A stretch of 64,000 bases of DNA, taken from positions 930,522 to 994,521 of the forward strand of contig JADJRG010000022.1 in the NCBI GenBank assembly GCA_016712315.1, read 5' to 3'. Positions 26,263 to 34,724 of this stretch are shown in pieces. This stretch comes from Nannocystis sp. (GTDB taxonomy: Bacteria > Myxococcota_A > Polyangia > Nannocystales > Nannocystaceae). The number at the start of each line of letters is the position of its first letter. The first letter of the stretch is position 1. Made by a program: the position numbers and the translations under genes. A model generated the notes under the pieces. That model saw only the letters and a program-made list of their open reading frames with translations, made no database searches and was not told the DNA's origin.

Positions 26263-27732
26263 CTACTTCTTGTCGCCGAAGTCGCACATGAACTGCGTCG
26301 ACGTATAACCCGGCGCCACGATGTCGTTGTACCCGGTCACGTCGCCGTTCACGTCCCACACGTAGTACATCGACGACGTCACCCCGTTGTCGCCGTTCGG
26401 CTCGGTGATGTTCGTCTTGTTGCCGACGTAGAAGGGCCCGTCGTCGCCCGCCCGCCAGGTCGTGCACCCCACGCTGTTCATCGCCTTCTGCGAGCAGTTC
26501 GCGCCCTGCACCTTGGGATAGATCCCCAAAATGTACATAAAGCCAGGATCACCGAAGCTCTGGATCCCCGCGTTGGTCGCGATCTTGTACGACGCGACCA
26601 CGTGCGCCGCGGTCCGCGGGATGAAGAGGTTCATCCCGAACTTGTCGCACTCCGCCTCCGCCTGCGCCGCGTTGTGCGCGTTCGGCATCAGCCGCTTGAG
26701 GTACGAGTAGCCGCCGCCGTCGGTCGTCATGTCGCAGTGCGCGTCGAACGGGTTGATCCCGTCAGGCGTCACTTTATAGGCGCCGCTGGTCGCGTCAGGA
26801 TCGAACTGTTTGATCACCAAGCAAGTCTTCGGCAGCGCGCAGTTGCCGAGGCAGCCGTCCTTGCTGCTGCTGTTCGCGTCGTCGCAGCCCTCCTCGCCGT
26901 TCTTCACGCCGTCGCCGCAGTAGGCCGCCAGCGACTCGCAGCCGGCCTCGCAGCCGTCGTAGGCGCCGTCGTTCACCCCGTCATCGCAGGCCTCGACCCC
27001 CTCCTGGATCACACCGTCCCCGCACGACGCCGCCGCGCAGCTCGACAGGCACGCGTCCGTCTCCACTAGGTTGCCGTCGTCACACTCCTCCTCGCCCGCC
27101 TGGACGAACCCGTCCCCGCAGCTCGCGGGCACACACGTGCCGAGGCACGCGTCCGAGTCCTCCGCGTTGCCGTCGTCGCAGAGCTCACCGTCCTGCAGCA
27201 CGCCGTCCCCGCAGCTCGCGAGCGCGCAGGCGTTCGTGCACTCGTCCCCGTCGTCATCGTTGGCGTCATCACAGCCCTCCGCGCCGTTAACCACCCCATC
27301 CCCGCAGAACGCCGCCAGCTCCCCGCAGCCCGGCATACAGCCGCCGTAGGCGCCATCATTCACCCCATCGTCGCAGGCCTCGCCGCCGTCGACCACCCCG
27401 TTCCCGCACAGCTCCTCGCCGGTGTCAGTGTCCGTATCCGGGCCTGTGTCCGTGTCCGTGTCCGTGTCCGTGTCCGTGTCCGTCGCTGTCGCATCGGTCG
27501 TCGCGCTGGTCGTCCCCGACGTCGAGGACGCGGTCCCGCTGCCATCGCTCGTCGAGCCGCCTTCGCTCTCGCTCTCGCCCGTCGTCGCATCCCCTGTCGT
27601 CGTCGTCGTCCCGCTCAGCGTGCTCGACTCTGTCGCCCCAGGATCGGAGCCTGCGCAGCCGCTGATCGCCGCCACCAGCCCGCATGTCGCCCACAGCCCC
27701 CACATCGTGCGCTTGCCCGAAAAAGACCTCAT
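26263..27732 (-). CDS. Lipoprotein with myxobacterial Cys-rich repeats (CGDG...CDDGN), a Thr/Asp low-complexity linker and a fibrinogen/lectin-like C-terminal domain
   Basis: Lipobox AISGC. Six CGDG/CDDG repeats. The C-terminal motif CDMTTDGGGYSYLKRL resembles fibrinogen-related domains. Confidence 0.65.
   Translation of the reverse strand: MRSFSGKRTMWGLWATCGLVAAISGCAGSDPGATESSTLSGTTTTTGDATTGESESEGGSTSDGSGTASSTSGTTSATTDATATDTDTDTDTDTDTGPDTDTDTGEELCGNGVVDGGEACDDGVNDGAYGGCMPGCGELAAFCGDGVVNGAEGCDDANDDDGDECTNACALASCGDGVLQDGELCDDGNAEDSDACLGTCVPASCGDGFVQAGEEECDDGNLVETDACLSSCAAASCGDGVIQEGVEACDDGVNDGAYDGCEAGCESLAAYCGDGVKNGEEGCDDANSSSKDGCLGNCALPKTCLVIKQFDPDATSGAYKVTPDGINPFDAHCDMTTDGGGYSYLKRLMPNAHNAAQAEAECDKFGMNLFIPRTAAHVVASYKIATNAGIQSFGDPGFMYILGIYPKVQGANCSQKAMNSVGCTTWRAGDDGPFYVGNKTNITEPNGDNGVTSSMYYVWDVNGDVTGYNDIVAPGYTSTQFMCDFGDKK
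27422..27487. repeat. Hexanucleotide tandem repeat (GTGTCC)n, 6 perfect copies plus flanking degenerate copies. In-frame, encoding (TD)n.
   Basis: Directly visible in the sequence. Confidence 0.9.
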
Positions 27733-27823
27733 CCCAAGCCCATCCAATCCCGCGTCACCGCGTCCCCCCAGCATATCTGAGGGAGCCGCGCGCTGGTGAC
27801 CGACGCGCCGTCGGTCATGGAGC

Positions 27824-29263
27824 CTAATAGCCCGCGAGGTCGACGCCGAACACGAAGCGCTTCCCCGCGAATTCGTTCTGCGACCACAAGCGCCCGCCGA
27901 CGCGGTCGTACATCAGATCCTCCGGGCCCACCACCCAGCCGTGGCTCACGCTCGGCGCGCCCGCGGAGGTTTGATACAGACGGCCCGCGGCGCCGCTCTG
28001 CGCGCTACAGGACAACCACCACTCCCCACCGACCGAGAGGGCCCCTTGCACGTCGCTCTCCTGCGCGAAGAAGAGCTCGCTCGCCGCCGTCGCGCCGCGC
28101 GCTGGATCGCTCGCCAGCAGCCGCTCGCCGGCCAGCGGCCAGCGCGCCAGCTTGCCCGCGACGTCGTGGTCGTGGAACTCGCCGGTGATCAGCGAAGGCG
28201 GCGAGCTCGTCGCGTCGAGCGCGACGAAGGACGAGCGGATCCAGCAGCTCTCGCTGCTCAGCAGATACGCGCCCACCTGCGGGAGCGCGTACTTGTAGCC
28301 ATAAGCGTGGTACTCGCCCGTCTGCGCGTCGTAGCCGATCCGATCCTGCGCGGTCGACACCTCCAAGATCTGCGACGTGTCGTAGACACGCAGCCCCTTC
28401 GCGGTGTCGGCGACGTACAGATAGCGGCCCACCCACGCGATCCCGCCGGCGTGCACCTTCGTCGCCCGCAGGTCGATCCGATCGCCGTCGAGGTACGGCT
28501 CGACCAAGAGCACGTGGCGATACGGCGCCGCGCCGCCCTCGCCGAGCGCAGAGACGTCGACGAACGAGATCCTCGCGACCTCCTCGCGATCCTTCAGGCC
28601 GCTCACCGAAGACTTGTGGTACCAGCTCACCGCCACCACCTCACGCCCCGCGACCAAACCGTCCTCGCTCGCGTCGAAGCTGCCGCTGATCCCTTGAGGC
28701 ATCCACGCGCCGTCGTGGAAGTCGACGTCTTGCCAGCGGAAGGCCCGATCGAGCCCCGCCACCTCGCTCAAGTGTGAGACCCCGCCGTCGACCGCTGACG
28801 CCAGCCGATCGAAGTCCCCGAGCACCCCCTCGATCCCGACGATCGGCAGATCCTTCCCCAGCGCGGCCACCCGGATCGACTGCAGCTCCCACGTGTCTTG
28901 ATCGACCAGCTCAAAGCGGCACGGCGCCCACGGACGGAGCCCGCCGTGCCGGGTCAGGTGCGCGTCTGCGTCGCCTGGACACGCCGCGCTCTTCAACTCG
29001 ACACAGAGGTTCACGTCCGCGACGCCCACGCCGCCAGTCGGGCTCGAACTCGGCTCCTCTGGCGCGGGCTCCTCCCCCGGCACCTCCGGCTCCTCCGGCT
29101 CCTCCGGCACGGTCGGCACCTCCGGCGCCTCCTCCTCGGCGTCGCCCGGGCGAGGAGCGGGCTCCTCGATCATCAGCGGGTCGCCCTCATCACCCGCACA
29201 GGAGGTGAGCAGGCTCAACATCAGCCCCATCGACGCGGTCTTGGATCGGGTCATGCTCGCCAA
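27824..29263 (-). CDS. Hypothetical lipoprotein (479 aa) with an acidic Pro/Glu-rich linker
   Basis: Lipobox LLTSC. PEEPEEPEVPGEEPAPEEP linker. Confidence 0.55.
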   Translation of the reverse strand: MASMTRSKTASMGLMLSLLTSCAGDEGDPLMIEEPAPRPGDAEEEAPEVPTVPEEPEEPEVPGEEPAPEEPSSSPTGGVGVADVNLCVELKSAACPGDADAHLTRHGGLRPWAPCRFELVDQDTWELQSIRVAALGKDLPIVGIEGVLGDFDRLASAVDGGVSHLSEVAGLDRAFRWQDVDFHDGAWMPQGISGSFDASEDGLVAGREVVAVSWYHKSSVSGLKDREEVARISFVDVSALGEGGAAPYRHVLLVEPYLDGDRIDLRATKVHAGGIAWVGRYLYVADTAKGLRVYDTSQILEVSTAQDRIGYDAQTGEYHAYGYKYALPQVGAYLLSSESCWIRSSFVALDATSSPPSLITGEFHDHDVAGKLARWPLAGERLLASDPARGATAASELFFAQESDVQGALSVGGEWWLSCSAQSGAAGRLYQTSAGAPSVSHGWVVGPEDLMYDRVGGRLWSQNEFAGKRFVFGVDLAGY

Positions 29264-29324
29264 CCTTGGTCAGATCACCAGCACCGCAACCCCCGACCTC
29301 GCCGCATACGTTGCGCGCCGCGCC

Positions 29325-29843
29325 TCAGCTCTCCGTGAAGAGTCGATGACGCTCGCGACCGTAGACCGCCCGCCAATCGACCCACTTCCCGCGCACGTGC
29401 AGGACTGCCAAGCGCACCAGCTCGGCGCTCGCCCCGGGCTCACACCAGAGCACCAAACGATCGCTGGCGACCGCCTGCAGCCCCTCAAGGAAGCGCTCGC
29501 GCTGCGACGCGACGATCGCCACGCGGTGCGGGTGATGGCGACGCAGCGCCGCGGTCGCGCAGCTGCGCGGCAACGACACCCGCTCGTCCTCGAGCACGTT
29601 CGTCCACCACCACACCAAATTATCGAGCTCCTCCGCCGAGCGGGCGGAGAGCGGCAGCACGAACACCGCGTCCGCCGGCTCCGTCGCGGCGCCGATCGTC
29701 GACGCCCGCGCCGCACCGTCGACCGCGAAGTGCTCGATGCAGCGCGAGACGCTCGACTCGATCGAGGTGAGCAGCGTCGAGAACCACTGAGGCCGCCCCG
29801 CGCCCCCTCGCGGATCCTCCCCGATCGTACCCACGACGCTCAT
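29325..29843 (-). CDS. Orphan ORF (172 aa) resembling the KS-AT interdomain linker of modular polyketide synthases
   Basis: VFVLPLSARSAEELDNLV ... HRVAIVASQRERFLEGLQAVASD matches the post-KS linker pattern (vFvlSArs...aL...l ... hRavv.a.s.eel...L.a.a.g). No KS or AT domains are present. Start placed at ATG 29841-29843. The plus-strand ORF 29205..29960 is R-rich junk. Confidence 0.4.
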   Translation of the reverse strand: MSVVGTIGEDPRGGAGRPQWFSTLLTSIESSVSRCIEHFAVDGAARASTIGAATEPADAVFVLPLSARSAEELDNLVWWWTNVLEDERVSLPRSCATAALRRHHPHRVAIVASQRERFLEGLQAVASDRLVLWCEPGASAELVRLAVLHVRGKWVDWRAVYGRERHRLFTES

Positions 29844-29969
29844 TCCGCCGCCGATCCTAGCATTCGCAGCGCGCGATCGCATCACGATGAGTGTAGCGAG
29901 CCGCGACCTACCCACGGATCTCCGAGCCACCGCCCCGCGCGCTGCCGACGAGCGTGGTAAAAACAGACG

Positions 29970-31517
29970 GTGATGACCGCGAACGCCGAAGTCCGCCCTG
30001 CGGCCGCCCTCTTGCACCCGGCGTGGCTCGGCGCGCTCGTCCTGCTCGCGCTCAACGATCACATCTTGAAGGGGGGCCTGCACGCGCCTTCCCTGCTCGT
30101 CGGTAAGCTCAGCGACATCACCGGCCTCTTGGTCGCGCCCGCGCTCTTCGCCGCGCTGCTCCGCGTCCGCAGCCTGCGCGGGCTCTTCGCCGCCCACCTC
30201 GCCGTCGGCCTCGTCTTCGCCGCGATCCAGCTCTCGCCCGCCGCTGCTGCGGCCTGGAGCGCCCTGATGGCCGGGCTCGGCGCCCCCTGGAAGATCACCT
30301 CCGATCCTGGCGACCTCCTCACGCTCCCCAGCCTCCTCGTCTCATGGCGGCTCTTCGTCCCTGTCATGCTCGGAGCGCCGCCGATCATCGGCCTGCGCCG
30401 CCTCGCCACCGCGACCGCCGGCTGTATCGGTCTGCTCTTCTGCGTCGCCACCAGCCCGCCGCCTGAGACGATCCCCTACAACCCGCTCAACACCGACGTG
30501 TACATCCACAACGACACCGGCGAGCGGCTCGTCTTGATCATCCGCCAGCTCCGCGCCGATCTCGAGACCGACTGTGAAGTCGTCACCACCGCCCCGGAGC
30601 TGCTGCGCGAGCCACACTTCGGCGAGCCGGCCACCTGGTCCTTGGGCAACCAGGTCAACGCCGCCGCCCTCCCACTCGCGGGAGATCCGGCGCCCACACG
30701 CCCTTGCCGCGCCATCCTACTCACGAGCGACACCATGGCGCCGACGGTCGTCACCTGGGCTCGCGACGATCTGCCGCTCACCATCCAACCCGGCGTCGTC
30801 CACGGCGAGGACCACGCCGAGGGCGCCCTCTTGATCAGCGACGAGGACGGCGACACCGAGCTCACCCCGATCGGCGCCATGAGCATCACCCCGCTCGGCG
30901 CCGGCGACAGCGATCAAGCAGCCAACTGCCCCGCCCAGAGCGAACTCGATCGCCTCTTCTGGAGCGCCCCTGTCCCCACCGGCATCGCCCAGCTCACCGA
31001 GGTCGATCTCGGCGCCGACGGCTGCTACGCCCTCGGCCTCGACGGCGCTCGCTGGTACCTCTGCGCGCCCGCCCCGCTCTTCCCGTTCCAGGTCGGCGAC
31101 TGGGTCTCCTTAAAGGCCACCAGCGGGACCAGCAGCGACACCGTCCAGCTCGATCTGCTCGACGGCCCTGGCGGCGAGCCGGCGACCCCAGCCCGCCGGC
31201 TCATCGTCTCGCGCGGCGACGGCTTCCCCTTTATCCCCGGGCTCAGCGGCGAGCCCAGCGCGCAAGCGGGCTGCACGTACCAGGTCTCAGGCGCCTGCGC
31301 GGCGGTGACCCGCCCCATCGAGCTCCTGGTCAACCACGGCGACGGCGCCACCAACCTCACCGTCGGAGCCCCGGTGACCGTGCCTGACGGTCTAGGCGGC
31401 GTCTGGACGCTGGACCTCGCCTACGCGCAGCGCCCGGCCTTCTTCGACCCCGCCTGCGATGAAGGCGACAACAGGCTCACCGATCACATCGACCTCGCCG
31501 CCCTCTACTCGCCCTGA
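29970..31517 (+). CDS. Integral membrane protein (about 6 N-terminal TM helices) with a C-terminal periplasmic domain
   Basis: Hydrophobic N-terminal 200 aa, then a soluble Cys-containing domain. Confidence 0.55.
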   Translation: MMTANAEVRPAAALLHPAWLGALVLLALNDHILKGGLHAPSLLVGKLSDITGLLVAPALFAALLRVRSLRGLFAAHLAVGLVFAAIQLSPAAAAAWSALMAGLGAPWKITSDPGDLLTLPSLLVSWRLFVPVMLGAPPIIGLRRLATATAGCIGLLFCVATSPPPETIPYNPLNTDVYIHNDTGERLVLIIRQLRADLETDCEVVTTAPELLREPHFGEPATWSLGNQVNAAALPLAGDPAPTRPCRAILLTSDTMAPTVVTWARDDLPLTIQPGVVHGEDHAEGALLISDEDGDTELTPIGAMSITPLGAGDSDQAANCPAQSELDRLFWSAPVPTGIAQLTEVDLGADGCYALGLDGARWYLCAPAPLFPFQVGDWVSLKATSGTSSDTVQLDLLDGPGGEPATPARRLIVSRGDGFPFIPGLSGEPSAQAGCTYQVSGACAAVTRPIELLVNHGDGATNLTVGAPVTVPDGLGGVWTLDLAYAQRPAFFDPACDEGDNRLTDHIDLAALYSP

Positions 31518-31717
31518 TCCGCCGCCGCGCTCGCCGCCGGCACATAGATCTCGCGCACACGGCTGCTCTCTTGGTCGATGTTGAGCCCGTGCGAAGACGC
31601 CCGCGGCACCCACACGTGCGGCGCCGTGCTCGCCTTCGGCGACCCCGAGCAGGACACAGCGGCCAGCAGCGCCGCCAGCAGCATTATCGCCGCGCCGCGG
31701 CTCAAAAGCGCCCCCAC
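31505..31717 (-). CDS. Possible small lipoprotein (70 aa)
   Basis: GTG start. MGALLSRGAAIMLLAALLAAVSC lipobox. No clear Shine-Dalgarno sequence. Overlaps the upstream gene's end by 16 nt. Confidence 0.25.
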   Translation of the reverse strand: MGALLSRGAAIMLLAALLAAVSCSGSPKASTAPHVWVPRASSHGLNIDQESSRVREIYVPAASAAADQGE

Positions 31718-32466
31718 AGCGCGAGGCCGAAGTGGTGGCTGTTCATCGTCGGCACCGCCGCGATCACCGCCCGCTCGTAGGCGCGCATATCACGGCGATA
31801 GCGGAGCCCCCACAGCGCCATGCCCAGGCCGCTCGACACCATCATCGCCGAGCCGTCGAGCGCCAGCCGAGCCGCGGAGAACGGGCACAGCTCGCTCCCT
31901 GGCGTGAACAGATCCGGGTCAGGAGCCGCCTGGCGATAGGGACCTGTCTCTCCGACCATACAGCGCCACCACAGCACCTCGTTCGTCACCCCGCCGATCG
32001 CGCCCACCGCCGCCAGCGTGAGGCCTGCCGCGATCATGCCCTTCGTCGGGCGCGTCCGCCGACCCAGCGCCGTGTCCATGTACGCGTCGTAGCGGCCGCG
32101 CAGCGCCCCGCCGATCGGCGCCAAGATCATCGCGGGGCCGATGAAGAGCCGCTCGGTCACCCCCGACATCGAATTATCGTTCAGCGCCAGATCGCTGAGT
32201 TGGATCACCGCGCCGACGCCGAAGGTCGCCGCTGCCGCGATGAACAGCGCCTTGCCGTCGCCCTGCGGCGGCGCCACCTTCACGTAGTCGCGCCACAGCA
32301 GCCACGCTGGGATCTCCTCCGCCTGACGCGGCTGCGTCGTCACGGCCGTGGCGGTCGTCGTCGCCGACGCCTCAGCGGCCTCGGCCGAGTTCGAAGCGAC
32401 AGACAGAGCGAGGACGAGCGCCCGGATCACGCCTGCGACGGTACCCCGCCTCACCGGCGGCAGCAA
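31702..32466 (-). CDS. Secreted protein, probably a small outer-membrane beta-barrel (C-terminal ...LALWGRF)
   Basis: Signal peptide. Gly-rich amphipathic segments. C-terminal Phe. TTG start preceded by GGGGG, 12 nt after the upstream stop. Confidence 0.45.
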   Translation of the reverse strand: MLPPVRRGTVAGVIRALVLALSVASNSAEAAEASATTTATAVTTQPRQAEEIPAWLLWRDYVKVAPPQGDGKALFIAAAATFGVGAVIQLSDLALNDNSMSGVTERLFIGPAMILAPIGGALRGRYDAYMDTALGRRTRPTKGMIAAGLTLAAVGAIGGVTNEVLWWRCMVGETGPYRQAAPDPDLFTPGSELCPFSAARLALDGSAMMVSSGLGMALWGLRYRRDMRAYERAVIAAVPTMNSHHFGLALWGRF

Positions 32467-32478
32467 GGGACGACCCCC

Positions 32479-33534
32479 TCACTTGGGCTCGCGGAGCAGG
32501 CGCACACGGACGTGTTGGTGCTGACGCAGCTTGTACTGCGCGTGCGAGCTCTCGCCCAGCTCGTTCGACTCCGCGGTCGCGCGATCGAGCACCTGGAACT
32601 CCGCCAGCACGAAGACGACGCTGCCGCGGCCGCCTTGGCGCTCCTCGGGGCCCAGCAGATCGGCCACGCGCACCGGCAGGTCGGCGATGAAGTTCAAGAT
32701 CTTGAAGCCAGCCCCCGAGAACTCGTTGGTCTCGAGCCCGCCCCCGTCCTCGCCCTCCGCCGCGCTCCTGGTCGCCTGCAGCCGCGACCCGTCGATCAGC
32801 GAGTTCACCGTCTGCCCCGGGACCACATAGTTGAAGGGGATACAGCGGCGCAGCATGATCTGCAGCGTCGGCACCAGGTCCTCGGGACCGCGGACGATCA
32901 AGCGGAAGCGCAGGCGGTCGAACACCCGCGCCGCGTTGGTCTCGCGCTTGACCAGCATCTTCGTGATCAGCGAGTCCTTGGTCTTACGCGACCACGAGAA
33001 CTCGACCACGGGCACCCCTGCGGTCCGCAGCGCGTCGATCATCAGCGTCACGTTCTCCTCGACCAACGAGAAGATCTGGTTGTCTGAGATCGCCAGGGTC
33101 GTCCGCAGCTCGCGGGCGTCCAGGTGATAGATGATGTGCATCACCTTGAGCAACATGCAGGCTTGGCGCTGCTGCGCCGAGCTCTTGCCCGAGGCGATCA
33201 GCGGCAGCGCTAGCCAATCGACGCCGCTGGCGATCGCTTCATCCAAGCGGATCTTGAGGGTCTCGAGGATGTAGCGGGCCGCCTGCGCGCGCAGCTCCTG
33301 CAAGCGGTCGCGGTCGCGCGGATCGTCGACATCCAGGCAGTTCAACGCGAGCAAGCGCCGCACCTCATCCTCGGTCGTGAAGGAGAGGCGATGCCAGTCG
33401 ACGACCGACTGTCCGCGCAGCAGGAGCTGGATCTCGCTGATGTCTTGCAGCGAGAGCGCAGCGCCACCGTCGGCGCGCCGCCACAGGCTGTGCGAAGTAG
33501 GCAAGCCCGGGCGATCTGGATCCTGGCGGCTCAT
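32479..33534 (-). CDS. RelA/SpoT-family nucleotide pyrophosphokinase (small alarmone synthetase-like) with a ~160-aa N-terminal domain of unknown type
   Basis: Collinear with the Rel synthetase core: SWSRKTKDSLITKM (GRPK..YSIYRKM), FDRLRFRLIV (catalytic-Asp block DLIAIRVI), GAGFKILNF (NGYQSIH), VFVLAEFQVLD...GESSHAQYK (EIQIRT...AAHWAYK). No HD hydrolase motifs. Confidence 0.6.
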   Translation of the reverse strand: MSRQDPDRPGLPTSHSLWRRADGGAALSLQDISEIQLLLRGQSVVDWHRLSFTTEDEVRRLLALNCLDVDDPRDRDRLQELRAQAARYILETLKIRLDEAIASGVDWLALPLIASGKSSAQQRQACMLLKVMHIIYHLDARELRTTLAISDNQIFSLVEENVTLMIDALRTAGVPVVEFSWSRKTKDSLITKMLVKRETNAARVFDRLRFRLIVRGPEDLVPTLQIMLRRCIPFNYVVPGQTVNSLIDGSRLQATRSAAEGEDGGGLETNEFSGAGFKILNFIADLPVRVADLLGPEERQGGRGSVVFVLAEFQVLDRATAESNELGESSHAQYKLRQHQHVRVRLLREPK

Positions 33535-33573
33535 CGCCCTGCACCTCGCGCGAGGCCGAGCGCAGCGCGGGGC

Positions 33574-33663
33574 TCAGCCGAGGCGGCGCGAGAACCGCAA
33601 AGTACCCACCAAGAGGCCGACGGTGATGAGAGCTGCACAGATATTTCCGAGGTAGGCGGTCAT
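33574..33663 (-). CDS. Micro-ORF: 29-aa hydrophobic peptide MTAYLGNICAALITVGLLVGTLRFSRRLG
   Basis: ATG preceded by AGGAAG 7 nt upstream. Single predicted TM helix with a basic C-terminus. Lies 39 nt upstream of the RelA/SpoT-like gene. Below the ORF-track size cutoff and found by eye. Confidence 0.3.
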   Translation of the reverse strand: MTAYLGNICAALITVGLLVGTLRFSRRLG

Positions 33664-34043
33664 GTGGGGAGCTTCCTGTCTGGCGTGCGCGGCGAGCGTG
33701 GTCGTCACCTATCACGAGTGCTGCGATCTACGGAAAAAACGCACAATGTAAGACAAGAGCGCGGCGACCGGGCTCGGGCCTCGCCCTCACACCCCGTACG
33801 CATCGCCGCAAATAACATATTCCCGAGGCCCGCGGAAAGCCTTGATAACGCGCAGCGCATCGCGGCGCAGAGCGCCCTAGAGGCCCTCTTGCGCGCTCAA
33901 TTACGAGATCGAGGGGATCGCCGAGGACGCGCGCCCACGAGGCCCGCGCGCTCACCAGAGATCTTCGCAGCGATCGCCTCCAGGGCGATCGCGCACCCGC
34001 GACGTGCTGGCGCGCGCACAGCAGTGCGGGTAGCGTTCCGCCC

Positions 34044-34457
34044 ATGGCGGATCAACGCGCTGACGACGACGATCGTATGAGCTCCAGCTTCCGTCGCAAG
34101 CTCAGCGAGGGCATCACCGGCCTCTTGGACCCCGAGGGGGCCTTCGGCAAGGGACGCGACTACGTCTCGGGCTTCGCCCAAGGGACCAAGAGCGAGCTGG
34201 TGCGCATCTTCGCCAGCGAGGTCCGATCCTTCCTCGACAACATGGACAGCGTCGAGATGCTCCAGCGCGTGATCGCCGGCCTCGTCATCGACGTCAAGGC
34301 TGAGATCCGCTTCTCGGTCGACAAAGAGGGCAAGCTCCGCGCCGCCGTCACCCGCCAGGACACGAAGGCCAGCGCCCCCGAGCCCGCGCCCCCAGCGCCC
34401 CCAGCGCCCGCCGCCCCGTCACCGACCAAACCGCGCCCGGCCAGCGACCCCGAGTGA
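34044..34457 (+). CDS. Hypothetical protein (137 aa) with a Pro/Ala-rich C-terminus
   Basis: Coding-like composition. Divergent from the RelA/SpoT module. Confidence 0.45.
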   Translation: MADQRADDDDRMSSSFRRKLSEGITGLLDPEGAFGKGRDYVSGFAQGTKSELVRIFASEVRSFLDNMDSVEMLQRVIAGLVIDVKAEIRFSVDKEGKLRAAVTRQDTKASAPEPAPPAPPAPAAPSPTKPRPASDPE

Positions 34458-34478
34458 CGCGCGCCAGCGGGCTCGCGC

Positions 34479-34673
34479 TCAATCGAGCGAGAGCCCGCTC
34501 AACACCCCGGGTCGCGCCTCGATCTCCCCCTCTTCTTCATCCTTGCCCACCTTACCGCCGCCGCGCTCGTCGTCCTCGGGGAAGACCCCGAGCTTGCGGT
34601 TGATGAGGCGGTAGAGATCTTGGCCGAGCTTGAGCCCGAAGCCGGAGATGATCGCGCGAATCAGGGTCGACAT
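34479..34673 (-). CDS. Small hypothetical protein (64 aa)
   Basis: Short amphipathic N-terminus and acidic C-terminus. No assignment. Confidence 0.3.
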   Translation of the reverse strand: MSTLIRAIISGFGLKLGQDLYRLINRKLGVFPEDDERGGGKVGKDEEEGEIEARPGVLSGLSLD

Positions 34674-34724
34674 GCGGAGGATCCTAGCAGCCCCCGCACG
34701 AACTCGCCTGCGCGGCCGCGCCAG

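Noticed and set aside
29205-29960. 251-aa plus-strand ORF
   Set aside because: R-rich junk. The minus-strand frame gives a coherent PKS-linker-like protein.
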